The notes under the pieces are model-generated. The model saw only the letters and a program-made list of their open reading frames with translations, made no database searches and was not told the DNA's origin. Positions 36,292-49,610 of a stretch of DNA of 64,000 bases are shown piece by piece. Numbering within the stretch: position 1 is the stretch's first letter; each line of letters begins with the position of its first letter. The translations under genes were made by a program, and so were the position numbers. This DNA is from Callorhinchus milii (lineage: Eukaryota), in NCBI RefSeq assembly GCF_018977255.1, contig NW_024704743.1, forward strand, positions 10,170,001-10,234,000. Direction: 5' to 3'.

Positions 36292-38862
36292 TCCCTGCTC
36301 CATCTCCACAGACTTCTCTTCCCTGCTCTCCTCACTCAACCTCTCCTTACACATAAACTCCCCCACTCACAGTCACGGCCACCCACTCGATTTGGTGATC
36401 ACCCGGGGCCTCAGTGTCTCGGATGTCACTATTACCGACAAGGCCATCTCTGACCACTACTTCATCTCCTTCACCACCTCCACCCCGCTCCCCACCTCCA
36501 CCAGACCCACCACCATCTTCTACCGGCCTTGGAAGAAGTTACCCCCACAATCCCTAACAGATGCCTTGGAGTCCTCTGAACTCCTCTCCCTCTGGCCTTC
36601 AACCCTCACCGACCCCTCTTCTCCTCTCTCCCTCCTCCACAATACCCTCTCCTCCACACTCGATACTCTTGCCCCCATCACTTCCCGCACTGTCTCCTAC
36701 TCCCGCTCCTCCCCCTGGTACACCACCCACCTCCGCTCACTGAAAAGCCAGGTGCGGGCTGCTGAACGCACCTGTGTCAAATCTGGCCTAACGGTCCACC
36801 GACAAATCTGGCTGGACCTCCTCAAAATTTACCTCAGCCAAGTCGTCCTTCTACTCCAGGATAATCCTGGAGGCGAAGAACAACCCCAGGCTACTGTTTT
36901 CCACCACAACCCGACTCCTCCGTCCCCCCCGCCACCCCGCGCAGGTCATCTCCTCCAACCTTCACTGCGAGGAGATGCTGGATTTCCTTGAATCCAAGAT
37001 CAAGGGAATTCGCTCCGCGGTCACTTCCCCTCCAACATCCACCAACCCCCCACCCCCTCACTCCCACACTCCGACTGCTACCCATCCTCCCCTACTCACT
37101 TTTGTACCCGTTTCCCCACCCTCTGTCACCAAACTCATCCTATCCCTAAAACCAACCACCTGCTCCCTTGACCCCATCCCCACTCCACTCCTTATCTCCC
37201 AGCTCCACTTTCTTGCCCCACATATCACCGACATCATAAACCTGTCCCTCTTCTCTGGCTCTATCCCCATTCCCTTAAAAACTGCCACCATCACGCCCAC
37301 CCTGAAAAAACCCTTCCTTGATGCGTCGCAGCTATCAAGCTACCGGCCCATCTCCAACCTCCCCTTTCTCTCCAAGGTCCTGGAAAGAGTTGTCGCCTCC
37401 CAACTGCGCTCTTTCCTTTCCACCCATTCTCTTTTCGAACCCCTTCAGTCAGGTTTCCGTGCTGCCCATAGCACAGAAACTGCCCTGGTCAAGGTCACCA
37501 ATGATATCCTGACCATCTGTGACCAGGGCTCCCTCTGCCTCCTCGTCCTCCTCGACCTATCGGCAGCATTCGATACGGTCGACCACGCTATCCTACTCCA
37601 CCGCTTGTCCTCCCACCTCAACCTTCAAGGCACTGTCCTTGAATGGTTTAGGTCGTACCTTTCTCACCGTCTTCACTTTGTCTCGACGAATGGCTTCTCC
37701 TCCACCCCCCGTACTGTCTCATGTGGTGTCCCTCAGGGCTCTGTCCTCGGTCCCCTCCTCTTCACCCTCTATATGCTCCCCCTTGGTGACATCATCCGCA
37801 GACATGGAGTTAACTTCCACATGTATGCGGATGACACCCAACTCTACCTTTCCTCCTCTACTCTCAACTCCACGACCACCGATGTCCTGACAGCTGCCTG
37901 TCCGACATCGAGTCCTGGACGAGAGACAACTTTCTTCAGCTCAACGTGCGAAAAACCGAGGCCCTCCTGATTGGCTCGCGTCAGCGCCTCCGCACCTCAG
38001 GCGCCGACACCATCAGCATCCAAGGCTGCACTCTCCACCTCTCAAAGCCAGTCAGGAACCTCGGCGTTTTGTTCGACCCTGAGCTGTCCTTTCTCCCTCA
38101 CATCCGCACCACAACTGGCACCGCCTTCCATCACCTCCGGAACATCGCCAGACTACGGCATTACCTCACCCCTCACGTTGCTGAAACCCTGGTCCACGCC
38201 TTTGTCACCTCAAGGCTGGACTATGGGAACTCTCTCCTCGCCGGCCTTCCCGCCACCTCCCTCCACAAGCTGCAGGTCATTCAGAACTCTGCAGCTCGTG
38301 TACTGTCCCGCACCAGGCTTCGGGACCACATCACTCCCACCCTCGCTCGCCTCCACTGGCTCTCCATCCCCCAGAGGATTGATTTCAAGATCCTCATCCT
38401 CACCTACAAGGCCATTCACGGCCTTGCTCCCTCCTACCTCTCCAACCTACTATCCCCCTACCTACCTGCCCGTACCCTCCGTTCCTCCGGCTCCGGTCTG
38501 CTCCACGTCCCCCGCCCCAATTGCCCTACCATCGGTGGTCGGGCCTTCAGCCTCTCAGCCCCGAGGCTCTGGAACTCTATCCCCCAGTGCCTTCGCCTTG
38601 CTTCCTCCCTCTCCTCCTTCAAGGCCGGTCTCAAAACCTTTCTCTTTGACCGAGCCTTCAGCTCCCCTCCCGACTCTCTTCCCCCTTCTCGCTCCCTCCC
38701 TCCCCTCACCCTGACCATTTCCCCCCTCCTCGCTCCCTCCCTCCCCTCACCCTGACCATTTCCCCCCTGCTCGGGTCATGACCCAACTGTGCAGCGCCTT
38801 GGGACGTCCTCCTGACGTGAAAGGCGCTTTATAAATGGAATCTTGTTGTTGTTGTTGTTGTT
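36292..38862 (+). mobile_element. L2 LINE subfamily A, 5'-truncated (end of APE, RT, 3' tail)
   Basis: ORFs 36392-36991, 36975-37970 and 37946-38755 carry RT motifs. Very similar to the 10000-12540 part of the minus copy. (TTG)n tail; possible TSD TTAATAAT (36279-36286 / 38861-38868). Confidence 0.95.
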
Positions 38863-40369
38863 AATAATAAAATCATTGCTCCTGGTGAAGGCCCATTGAA
38901 TGATTGTGACATTGTTGGTGAAGACATCTGTTGGAGATGTTCTCTCAGCATTTTCTTGATGTGAAATGTTGTATATAAATGTAAATTAGTTGTGGTTGTT
39001 GTATTCCCCCCTCCCTCAACCTGTCCGCCCGCCTTGAACTTTAAAAGAAACTGACCTGCTGCTGTTGCAGTCAGCTTCAAAGTGGGGATGTCTATTTGCC
39101 AAGGCATGGTACATGATATTGGACTTGGTCCTCAAGATCATCATGATGGCTGGCAAGTCACAAGCATGGTGATGGCTTTCCACCATGGGTGAATTGTTTC
39201 AGCCTCTCTGTTCACAGCAATGTTCTATATCCTCTACGATGAGCTTTAGTACTTTCAATCTAGTTGACAGAGGATATTGCTTACAGTAAAATAGTGGCCC
39301 TTATTTGGAACAAAATTGGCAAAGAAAGCTGAACTTATGGGAAAGGAAACATTAGCACAACTTCTTCCACTTTATTTTGAGGCACATATTTTGAGGCAGC
39401 CAATCTCAGTATCTAACTGTGCGATACCTCACCCTGAAGCTGACACTGCCTTCCCAGAATAGAAAAGTGGTTAATTTTCCATCACTTGACAGCCCTTTCA
39501 ACTTGTTGGGCATAGAAATTTACAAATAACGAGGGAGAAAAATAACTTTTTTTTTAGCCTTTTCTTTTTGAAATCATCTATTATCATTCTGAAGTAGTTT
39601 TGTATGAACTACTTCTAAGAAGAGAAAATAACAATGCAAATCATTTAGTCTTTCCATTTTGCCTAATACGACAATTCTCTGCAAACTGAGTGTTCCCCCT
39701 GCATACCAAGCCTGCAATGTTGTCACGTATTGAGCTGGTAAGTCAGGATCTTCAAGATAATTGGCAAAGGAAACAGAAAGCAGTGTGTTGGTGTAAACAC
39801 CTCAATCTGAAGTTCATTATGTTCAAACAGAAAACATCAGCGATTGATCCACATCTTGTATAAAAAAATTGTCACTTATACATATAAAAGTTACAAGTGT
39901 TCCCCACAGGATTTCAGCCTTCTCCAGATTCATGGTTTTAACACAAAACTCTTTTCTGTATCATTGTAACAGATCATATGAGTGGTTTGGATGAAGGAGG
40001 CCCTTCGCTCATGGGATCTCAATCATCCACGATACCAACCATCCTCCCATTGTAGCATCTGGCCATTTCTGAAATGAGTCCAGTGTCTTCGCCTCAAAAA
40101 TCCTTCAGCTGGTGCTGCATGAGACTTGCTGCTTGAGTTTAGTAAGGGCGAGGGGATGAAACAGAATGTTTGGTACACACATGCTTTAGGGGTGTTCACC
40201 CACAAAAAAAGTTATTCTAATTTACACTATATCTTGTAAAGCGCTTTGAAACATCTTCCTGATGTAAAAGGCACCATAACAAATATAAGGATTATTATTA
40301 TTATTTTTGTTATTATTACTGTTATTATGTCATTGAACACTGATTTTTAGAATTCTGTAATGGCATGAG

Positions 40370-41990
40370 TAGTTTCAGACAACATTGAATAGGTACTAGG
40401 TAAATTGTCGGGTCTTAAAACCGATAAATCCCCTGGACCGGATGGCCTGCATCTGAGAGTTTTAAAGGAGGTGGCTACTGAGATAGTGGATGGCATGTCT
40501 ATAATCTTCCAAAAGTCTGTGGATACTGGAAAAGTTCCCATTGATTGGAAGATTGCAAACGTAACTCCACTATTTAAGAAGGGTGGGAGAGAAAATAGGG
40601 AAAACTATAGACCAGTTAGTTTGACGTCAGTTGTAGGGAAAATTCTTGAGTCCTTAATAAAAGACGTAGTTATGGGATACCTGGAGGACCATAAAAAGTC
40701 AACATGGCTTTACAAAAGGGAAGTCATGCTTGACTAACCTTTTAGAATTTTTTGAGGATGTATCCAGCAGGTTGGATAAGAGGGAACCAGTAGATGTGGT
40801 ATATTTGGATTTTAGGAAGGCATTTGACAAGATGCCACACAAAAGGTTGTTACTCAAGATCAAGGCCCACGGGATTAATGGGAAAATATTAACATGGATA
40901 GAAGAGTGGCTATCAGGTAGAAAGCAGAGAGTAGTGATAAACGGATCATTCTTGAATTGGGAGGATGTAACTAGTGGAGTGCCACAAGGATCAGTGCTTG
41001 GGCCTCAGCTATTTACCATTTACATCAATGATCTGGACGAGGACATTGAATGTAATGTGTCTACATTTGCGGATGATACGAAACTAGGTAGCAGAGTGAG
41101 CTCTCAGGATGATGCAAAAAGATTGCAACAAGATATAGATAGGCTCGGGGAGTGTGCAAGTAGGTGGCAGATGGAATTCACTGTTAGCAAGTGTGAAATT
41201 ATTCACCTAGGGAGCAAGAATAAAAGAACAGATTATTTTCTGGAAGGGGAGAAGTTAGATAGTGTTAGTATTCAAAGGGATTTGGGTGTCCTTGTACACC
41301 AGTCCCAAAAAGTTAGTTTGCAGGTGCAGCAAGCAACTAAGAAGACGAACGGCATGTTAGCGTTCATTTCGAAAGGTTTAGAATATAAGAGTAGGGAAGT
41401 CTTGCTGCAACTGTATATGGCCTTGGTGAGACCGCACCGAGAGTATTGTGTGCAGTTTTGGTCTCCTTATTTAAAAAAGAACATACTTGCCCTAGAGGGG
41501 GTGCAGCGTAGATTCACTCGGTTAGTTCCTGGGTTGAGGGGACTGACCTATGAGGATAGGCTGAATAAACTAGGGCTGTATTCTCCAGAGTGCAGAAGAA
41601 TTAGGGGGGATCTTATTGAAACTTATAAGATTCTTAAAGGGCTGGATAAAGTAGACACAGAGGGACTGTTTTCCCTGTTAGGAGAATCTATAACCAGGGG
41701 TCACAGTCTTAAAATTAAGGGTCAGCCTCTTAGAACAGAGTTGAGGAAACATTTCTTCACTCAGAGGGTAGTGAACTTATGGAATTCACTACCCCAGAAG
41801 GCTGTAGAACATTTTCAAGGCTGAGACTGATAGATTCTTGAAAAATAGTGGGATTAGGGGATATGGGGATAGCGCAGGTATTCAGAGTTAGGTGAGAAGA
41901 TCAGCCATGATCTTATTGAATGGCGGAGCAGGCACGAAGGGTCGAATGGCCTACTCCTGCTCCTAATTCTTATATTCTTATGTTCTTATG
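40370..41990 (+). mobile_element. CR1-clade LINE, 5'-truncated; RT nearly intact
   Basis: [64 protein letters not shown]; one frameshift near 40695-40735; CR1 3' end with (TTCTTATG)-type repeats. Confidence 0.97.
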
Positions 41991-42714
41991 TACCTTACCT
42001 AACCATACCTTGGGAGTGAAATTAAGCAAAGTTGCATTGGTGTGAAATGGATCAGTACTTGGTGAGCTGTGTAGTTAGATAGAGAGAGGAATTGCATGCC
42101 ATCAGTTTGCAATGGATTCATATCCAGATCCCATAAGTGAAAGGCAAGGTTTGTAAACTTGTTGTGCCATCTAGTTTTCCTGTTAAACTTTTATAACACA
42201 TGTTCAATACATCTAGCGGAAGCACATTACTCCATCGACCATCTTCAATAAACTGCAGAATCTGCAGAAATTGTCAAGTTCTTGTGGAGTGAAAAGAAAA
42301 GCAGACTCAAGCAATCATGGGCCAAAATTATGGTGCAAAATCTGATTTGAAGTAGGATTTCATCTTATCCAGTCAATTATATGCATCATAAATTACGTTA
42401 CAATGAATGGGAGTAATTTTGTATTTGACTTGACTTGAAATCTAATCTTATTAGTTGGTCTTAAATGGGAGGTTAATTCATCTGAATTGCCACATAAATC
42501 AGATTGTTACACAGAGAGAGATTCTACTTGTTTGACATTGCTTGTGAGGGTCCCTTGTTTTATGCTGCAATACTGCAGTGAACATATTCTGAGAGTAATC
42601 AAAGACGAAGGAATCACGAACGTTGATAAGAGATATCTATATTCATGTAGCCTCTGAACAGCAGATGTACAGCACAAAGGGACACCATTAACTGTGTATA
42701 TTCAGGGAGCATTT

Positions 42715-43053
42715 GTTAGAGCACTCACCTTGCAAGCGAAAGGACCTGGGTTCGATTCCCAGGTGCATCAAAAGGTTAGGCAATTTTCCTTACTTTACAT
42801 GCCTCTGTTTACCAAGCAGTAAGTAGGAACCCGGCTGTTAGTCAATTGACGATTGCTTTTCTGGGGGTAATAATCCCTTCAAAAAAATAATAATTTGGTC
42901 ACTCAATCCGTGGCTGTTTGTGGGACACTGCTGTGTACAATTGGCTGCTGCGTTTTGCCCACAACATTGACTTTATAATATATTCTGTGCTGCACGTTGA
43001 GAGGTCTCAAAGACATGTTAACAATCTATATCAAATACAAGCATTATTATTAT
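42715..43053 (+). mobile_element. SINE family A
   Basis: GTTAGAGCACTCACCTTGCAAGCG...GGGTTCGATTCCC; (ATT)n tail. Confidence 0.9.
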
Positions 43054-43174
43054 TGGGGGGAGGAAATGATGTGATATAATTATCACAGTATTAATTATCA
43101 CCTTACATACAAAATTTCTCCCCATCCCCATATCTCTCATCTCCTTCTTCAATGGAGTGTCATATTTGATATGT

Positions 43175-43540
43175 ATGTCAGCCTGACACAGTGGTAGCAC
43201 TATTACCTCTGAGTCAGAAGTGTGTGGATTCAAGCCCCACAATGGGACTTGGAATCACATAGTTTAAGGTGACGCTCCAATGCAGTGAGGGGATGTGTTA
43301 CATCCTTCAGTTGAGACATAAAACCAAGATTCAGGTGGACCTTAAAAATCCCATGGCACTATTCAAAAAGAGAAGGGAATTTCTCCTGGTGTCCTGGCCA
43401 ACAATTCCCCAATTTAAAAAAATGGTTATTCACTTTATAGCTGTTTGTGTAACCCTGCTGTGTGCAAATTTGCTGCTGCGTTCATCCACAATCAACCTAC
43501 TTTACAGTACATCCTGTATCAAAATGCAAGGATTATTATT
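43175..43540 (+). mobile_element. SINE family B
   Basis: Head TGTCAGCCTGACACAGTGGTAGC, Deu domain and tail. Confidence 0.82.
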
Positions 43541-44412
43541 CTTCTCATTGGTAATTTCTGTCTGAATTTCGTCCCTGATTCCATTTCCCCATGAAATTGT
43601 AAGAGTCTCACACAGAATGCTGCACGGATTTGTTACTAAACAAATAATTTTGAAACCAAATCTATCCAATTCAGCAACAAGTGTTTTCACATGGTCTGTG
43701 TAAGGTGTTTGAGATAATATCCTATGTGAAACTTGTGCAAGTTGTTGATTTTGCCACTTATTTGGCTTTCCTCTTATGACTGGTGACATTAATTAAAAAT
43801 ATATTTGTGTTTGCCTTTTGTCTGAAATTCCCACACTTTCTGCCTTGCAGCTTGTGAGCTCTCCAGAGATTTTCAACCAAGTGCGCAATGTCAAGGTCAT
43901 GACCTTAAGATATTTCCAATGGAATTGGCACAAGGCTTTTGAATGTTATCATTTAAACTGTAAAGTTGTAAAATTATGTTTAACAAAGCAACAAAAGAAA
44001 ATTATATCAGACTGGAACAAGTCATTATAGCAACAACAACAATACCACCCAAGCTGGGGGAGTTGGAGAAGGTGGAGGTCAGGGAGTGGAGGTGGGAGGA
44101 TGAGCAAAGGAATAATTAAAGAGGAAGGTCTTGAGATGGGTCTCGAAAGAGGCAAGGGAGGGGGCGAGGTGATGGGACTCTGGAACGTTGTTCTAGAGGG
44201 TGGGGGCAGTAATTTGGACTAAATAGAACTATACCCTGATGTTACTCACCGTTTTCAGGAGGAGAATTGGAACAAGTTAAAAATAGGAATGTTGATGGGT
44301 TTTTTTCCCACAGAGAAGTGCATGATATGGAAAATTAAATGGATTGCAATCTGTTAATGTTCCTTTCTACAAGGACTGGGTCAAGAGCTGTTCCAAATCC
44401 GAATGAAAAACA

Positions 44413-44605
44413 TAAAGATTACTGAAGACCATTTTATCAGGACAACATATCAGGAAAAACATATGACAAGCATAACATGTCACATTGATTATCGGTAGCT
44501 ATAATTTACTCCTTTTTTTCTCCATAGATTTACAACGTATAAATGGAGGGTGCTTTGAGATTTAAAGAATCACTGTCCTGATAAAATGGTCTTCAGTAAT
44601 CTTTA
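44413..44605. repeat. Perfect 32-bp inverted repeat with 129-bp spacer
   Basis: TAAAGATTACTGAAGACCATTTTATCAGGACA (44413-44444) and its reverse complement (44574-44605). Confidence 0.95.
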
Positions 44606-44664
44606 GTTTCTTGGGGTTGGAAAGAACCAGGGAGCCTTGTGCTATTTTGTCTTGTTGATGACAG

Positions 44665-44940
44665 AAGCAGTGACTTGAATTCAAGATCCATGTCCTCACG
44701 TTCAAATTCCTCCATAGCCTCACCCCACCCCCCTGCAACCTTACCAACCTGGCCCTTCACTCCACTTAGCTAACACTGGCCTGTTTTGTGTGCCCAACTT
44801 GACCATCGGTGGCTGAGCTTTCAGCTATTCTGTCCCTGTTATCATGAACTCCACCTTGCCGCCCTCCCCCCCCCTCACCCCCCACTTTTAATGGCTGCCT
44901 TAAGAACTATCTATTCAACAACACTTTTGGTCATCTTAAC
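44665..44940 (+). mobile_element. Old L2 3' fragment
   Basis: GAATTCAAGATCCATGTCCTCACGTTCAAA...CCATCGGTGGCTGAGCTTTCAGC resembles the L2 3' coding region. Confidence 0.7.
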
Positions 44941-45799
44941 TGGTTAAACTTCAGCAGTACTCCAACAAGTGCTTTGGAGTCCCCAAACCTTGGCTCTCCC
45001 TAACCTGTCTCTACTATCTCCAGAATTAGGTAAGCAGGATGCTTCCCTCCAGGGAGAGAGTGCACATTCCATTCCAGGCACAGGGAACTTTCTATGTAAA
45101 GGTGGCATACATATGTGGAATTCACAGAGTGGTTTGGATGCTCTTTAGCATGGCTTTGGTTTTCCTCTCGTGTCAAACACCCAGTTGACCAAATAAAATC
45201 ATCCATATCTCTCTTGTGATCTTGTGATGTTGCAAATTTATTCTCTGAATTTCAGTGGTTGGGTCAGACCCCAGATAGTCCAATACTTGTCCTCAAAGCC
45301 ACAGTGCTGGTGGCTGTTAGTGAGTTCCAAGAATAACCAAGAGCCTCTTGAGGGCACAGTTTGACAGTAATGTCAATTCAGACATATGGTGGGGACATTA
45401 CTGCTTGCTTGAGAGCCTTCTCAATCACAACGAGTGATTGACAGAGAACTGTACCAAAATGACTAGCTATCGTCTCCACAGGAATCAGTGAGGGGTGCGG
45501 AGAGAAATGGGGAGCAAGACACACAACTAACAAAACAAGTTGGTGAATCAAAAACAGAGGTTGCCTTGAACAGATAAGGGAACACATTTGTAAATACAGG
45601 CATTATTTAAACACTGAGGAACTCTTTACCCCAAGCAGGGGTGGACTATTATATGGGAAATTGTGAAATTTTCTGAGTACCCTTAGGAATGGTTCCCGAA
45701 TACCACCATGATTGGCTCCTGATGCTTACCACCCCAGAGCCTGACATCTGGGTGAGTGACAGCTCAGACCAGCTAATCATCTTCTTCTCTCGTTGCATC

Positions 45800-46210
45800 C
45801 TAACGTATTGACCTGGAATTACTTTTTCAATTCCATTTAAAATTTTATACACCTCTATGAGTTCCCCATTCTCTCAAGAATGAATACACCTAGCTTGTCT
45901 ATTCATTGCTCATTCCTCTAATACTGGGGACCAGTCTCATTGTTCTACTCTGCACTGCCTGTAGAGCTTGGGTCATAGGGATCAGACCTGTTTGCAGTAT
46001 TCAAGATGCAATCTTACCAGAGCATTGTACAGCCTGAGTATGATGTCTGGGGTATCTAAAGTCAACTGATTTAGCAGTATAACCCCGCATCCTGATTGCC
46101 TTGTTTATTGCATCCTCACACTGTTTGACCCAGTGAGCAATGAGTCAATTAACAACCTTAGATCTCTTTTCAGTTTCCCCCCTGGTAAGTTCTGTTCCAT
46201 CCATGGAGAA
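45800..46210 (-). mobile_element. Old CR1 fragment
   Basis: YKILNGIEKV and LVRLHLEYC-like coding on minus. Confidence 0.75.
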
Positions 46211-46239
46211 TTTCGCGGAATGAAGATATGTATGGACGC

Positions 46240-46492
46240 TAAATCAGTTGAGTTTAGGTCTCAGACATCATGATTAGGGTTGTATGGTACTCTGGTCATC
46301 TACTTCACAGGGTTGGAGCTCAGCAATGAGTTTACAAATTGAATGAAAGGATGGACTCACATACACATTGATGTGACTTATTTGGGTTGAATTCCCTGTT
46401 CTGGCTTTGGGTGACAAAGACTTTGGGGTTCTGATATGACACAGGCTGCCGATGAGATGGAGAGAAGAGAAGCATTTTGTCTGTGTCCAATG
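46240..46492 (+). repeat. Second copy of the 253-bp block
   Basis: See 16538-16790. Confidence 0.95.
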
Positions 46493-46840
46493 ATTATTAT
46501 TAATAGTAAATAATAATTCTTTCATTTGATATAGGGCCTTATTATGTTTTGGGGAATGTCTCAAAGTGCTTCACAGAATATACTGTAAAATGAATTGACC
46601 GTATATTTTGTGAGCAAAATGCAGCAGCCAATTGTGCACAGCAGTGTCCCACCAATAGTCATGGATTGAGTGACCAATTTATTTATTTTTTTTTTGAAGG
46701 AATTATTACCCCCAGAAAAACTGATCCATTGATCGACTAACAACCGGGATCCTACTTACTGCTAAGTAAACAGAGGCATGCGCAGTAAGGAAATTTGCCC
46801 AACATTTCATTCTGCTGGGAATGGAACCCAGGTCTTTCGC
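46493..46840 (-). mobile_element. SINE family A, head truncated
   Basis: Tail, body and B box present. Confidence 0.88.
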
Positions 46841-47484
46841 TGATAGATCTCTGATTAACACAAGATAAAGAGTCTTGTAGAGCATGTAGTTTTACTGCAC
46901 AGGTATAAAATAGAGTTAAATTCTTTAAGGTGATAGCTGTCATCTCAAGCTATCTCCTTGCTCTGTAGTTTAGAATTTAGACAGGGCAGATTGGCATCCA
47001 TAGCCGAATGTTGAATGACTCTGTTTTGTAAAGAATTTTAAGTGCAACAACACAAACAGCTGTGAACTATTTATATTGTTCCTGCAGAGAATTTGGGGTG
47101 AAAAAAATGGATTTTGTTGATAGGAGAAGGGTCAGGGTGAAGGAGAGGAGAGGCCTGGATTTCTTCACAAGCTGACAATAACACAGGCAGATTATCTAAA
47201 TACCGTGTTTGTTTTGGAATATCGCAGCAGTTAATCATGGAGTAAAGCTGATGTAATGTTCAGATGTTGATGAAAATGTCAACTTTAATGGTCTCTTTAC
47301 TGAGTTTTGATTATAGAACCTGTCAAGACCTGGAGCACACAGTGACAAGTAATGGTGAGATTGTGTGTGTGTGTGAGTTTGTAGAATTTCTCTTTCAGAG
47401 CAGTAGAGAACCATGGTGTGTCTTACACTGACGGCTAAAAGCCATGATATTTTCATTTCACCAATAAACTTTAGAACTTTGAAT

Positions 47485-47747
47485 TCATATAGTCTAGGTT
47501 GACACTCCGAATGCCTTGCTCAGGGAGGTGCCATCTTTTGGATAAGACAGTAACAATTATTGTCTGTCTGCTAAAGATCTCATGGCATTATTTGAAAAGA
47601 GAGGGGAATTTCTCCGAGTGTCCTAGCCAATAATCCTCCAAATAAAATTAATCATTCACTTCATACCTGCTTGTGGGATACTGACTGCTGAGTGCAAATT
47701 GGCTGCCTTGTTCACCTATCAAATACACAGTAGATTCTGTGAAGTGC

Positions 47748-47833
<86 letters not shown>

Positions 47834-47882
47834 CCTCCTGATGTGGAAGATGCTGTATCAAATGCAAGGATTATTATTATTA
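47485..47882 (+). mobile_element. SINE family B, headless, with a (TAT)n run inside its tail
   Basis: Deu domain and tail. Confidence 0.78.
47750..47830 (+). repeat. (TTA)n microsatellite, about 27 units
   Basis: Pure trinucleotide run. Confidence 0.98.
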
Positions 47883-48207
47883 TATCATATACATGGAGTA
47901 TTATTATTATAAGAGAACAATGTTTGTCACATTGATGGTTAAAAGCAATGATATTTTCATTTTGCCTACAACATAATCACAGAAACTATACTTTACTGTA
48001 AATCCTGTGAAGTAACTGAGATGTTCTTCTGTCATGAAAGATGCTATTGTTATTTCTTTTTATGAAATTTCCTGTAATGAAAAGATGGCTGGAATGAAAA
48101 TTGAGATCTGTGATCTGTGTAAATGAATACATTATTGGAAATTCTGTGTGGCAGATAACTGAAAACATTTACTGTGTTTCAGTTGTAATACTCCTGCGTT
48201 TAATCGT

Positions 48208-49212
48208 GGAGTCCTACAGCTTAATGGTTAGAGCACTCGCCTCACAAGCAAGAGGACTTGGGTTCGATTCCCAGGCAGGGGTAATCATTAGGCAAATTTC
48301 CTTACTTCACACGTCTCTGTTTACCTAGCAGTAAGTATCATAGAATTATACAGCACAGAAAGAGGCCATTTGGCCCATCACGTCTGCGCCGGCTCCTAAA
48401 AGAGAAATCCAACTCAATCCCAGTGGCCCCCTTTCTCTCCGTAGCCCTGCAATCCTGTCCTCCCCAAATACCCATTTACTTCTCTCTTAAAAGTTGTTAT
48501 TGAATCGGCTTCCACTATCCTTTCAGGTAAGGCATTCCAGATCTGAACAACTCGCTGGGTGAAAATGTTTTTCCTAACTTCCACTCTGTTTCTTTTAACA
48601 ACTATCTTACATCGGTGTTCTCGGGTTACTGACCCACATGCCAATGGAAACAATTTTTCCCGGTTCAACTTATCAAATCCTCTCATATCTTGAAAACCTC
48701 TACTAAATCGCCGCTTAATCTTCTCTGCTCTATGGAGAATAATCCTAGTTTCGCTAACCTCTCCTCATAACTAAGGTCCTTCATTCCTGGTACCATTCTG
48801 GTAAACCTCCTTTTGCACCTTCTCCAATGCCCTAACATCTTTCCTAAAGTTCAGTGCCCAGAACTGAACGCAGTACTCCAACTGAGGCTTAACCAGCATT
48901 TTATAAATATTCAACATAACCTCCTGACTTTAGAATTCCATGCCCCTATTTATAAAACCAAGTATCCCGTGTGTAGGAACAGTAAGTTGTTAGTCAATTG
49001 GTGGTTTGTTTTTCCAGGGGTAACTTTCCCTTTTTTAAAAAAAACAAAAAAAATTAATAATAATAATTTTGTCACTCAATGACTGTTTGTGCGACAACGC
49101 TGTGTGCAATTGGCTGCTTCATTTCACCCATATACAGTTAATTCACTTTACAGTATATTCTGTATGTCTCAAAGACATGATAAAACATTATATCAAATGC
49201 AAGGTTTATTAG
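48208..49212 (+). mobile_element. SINE family A (tRNA-Ala-like head, L2-type tail), split by CR1
   Basis: Head GAGTCCTACAGCTTAATGGTTAGAGC...GGGTTCGATTCCC (A and B boxes). Body breaks at 48335 and resumes at 48973. Confidence 0.9.
48336..48972 (-). mobile_element. CR1 3' fragment inserted in a SINE
   Basis: MRGFDKLNREKLFPL...FTQRVVQIWNALP; SINE halves on both sides join seamlessly. Confidence 0.93.
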
Positions 49213-49369
49213 TAATTGTTGGGCCATTGAAATAATAATCCACTAACAGAGAATTGTAGCGGAGACATGCAACAACAACTTGCATTCATTTCGTGTCCTT
49301 TACTATATTGACTGGAGCAATTAATGGTGGCGGAGCTTGATATTGAGGCGGCAGGTAGTGGGTTGGGAG

Positions 49370-49610
49370 TAAGCACGTCGGAAAGCTAGGGAGATGCCAG
49401 GGCATGAAATGATTTCTGAATAAGTGTGAGATAATAAGGATCTTGAAATCAATACGTTCTGTGATTGGGCGGCAGTGGAGCCTGCAAGGACTAGAGTGAT
49501 GGGACTATAGAGTTTAGTGCAGGTGCGGATACGGGTAGCTGAGTTTTGAATTGGTTATTGTGAATGGTGGAGCTGGGGAGACCGGTGAGGAGGGCTTTGG
49601 AATAATGCAG
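49370..49610 (-). mobile_element. Old L2 fragment
   Basis: Reverse complement resembles the LHWLP-RIDFKIL coding region. Confidence 0.6.

Noticed and set aside
39071..39188. Possible exon (AG...GT, open frame SFKVGMSICQGMVHDIG...)
   Set aside because: No polypyrimidine tract, weak donor and no recognisable protein.
47699..47935. Poly-Leu ORF
   Set aside because: Translation of the (TTA)n microsatellite.
48208..48280. tRNA-Ala-like sequence (and similar heads elsewhere)
   Set aside because: Always continues into a SINE body and the acceptor stem is not intact; SINE heads, not tRNA genes.
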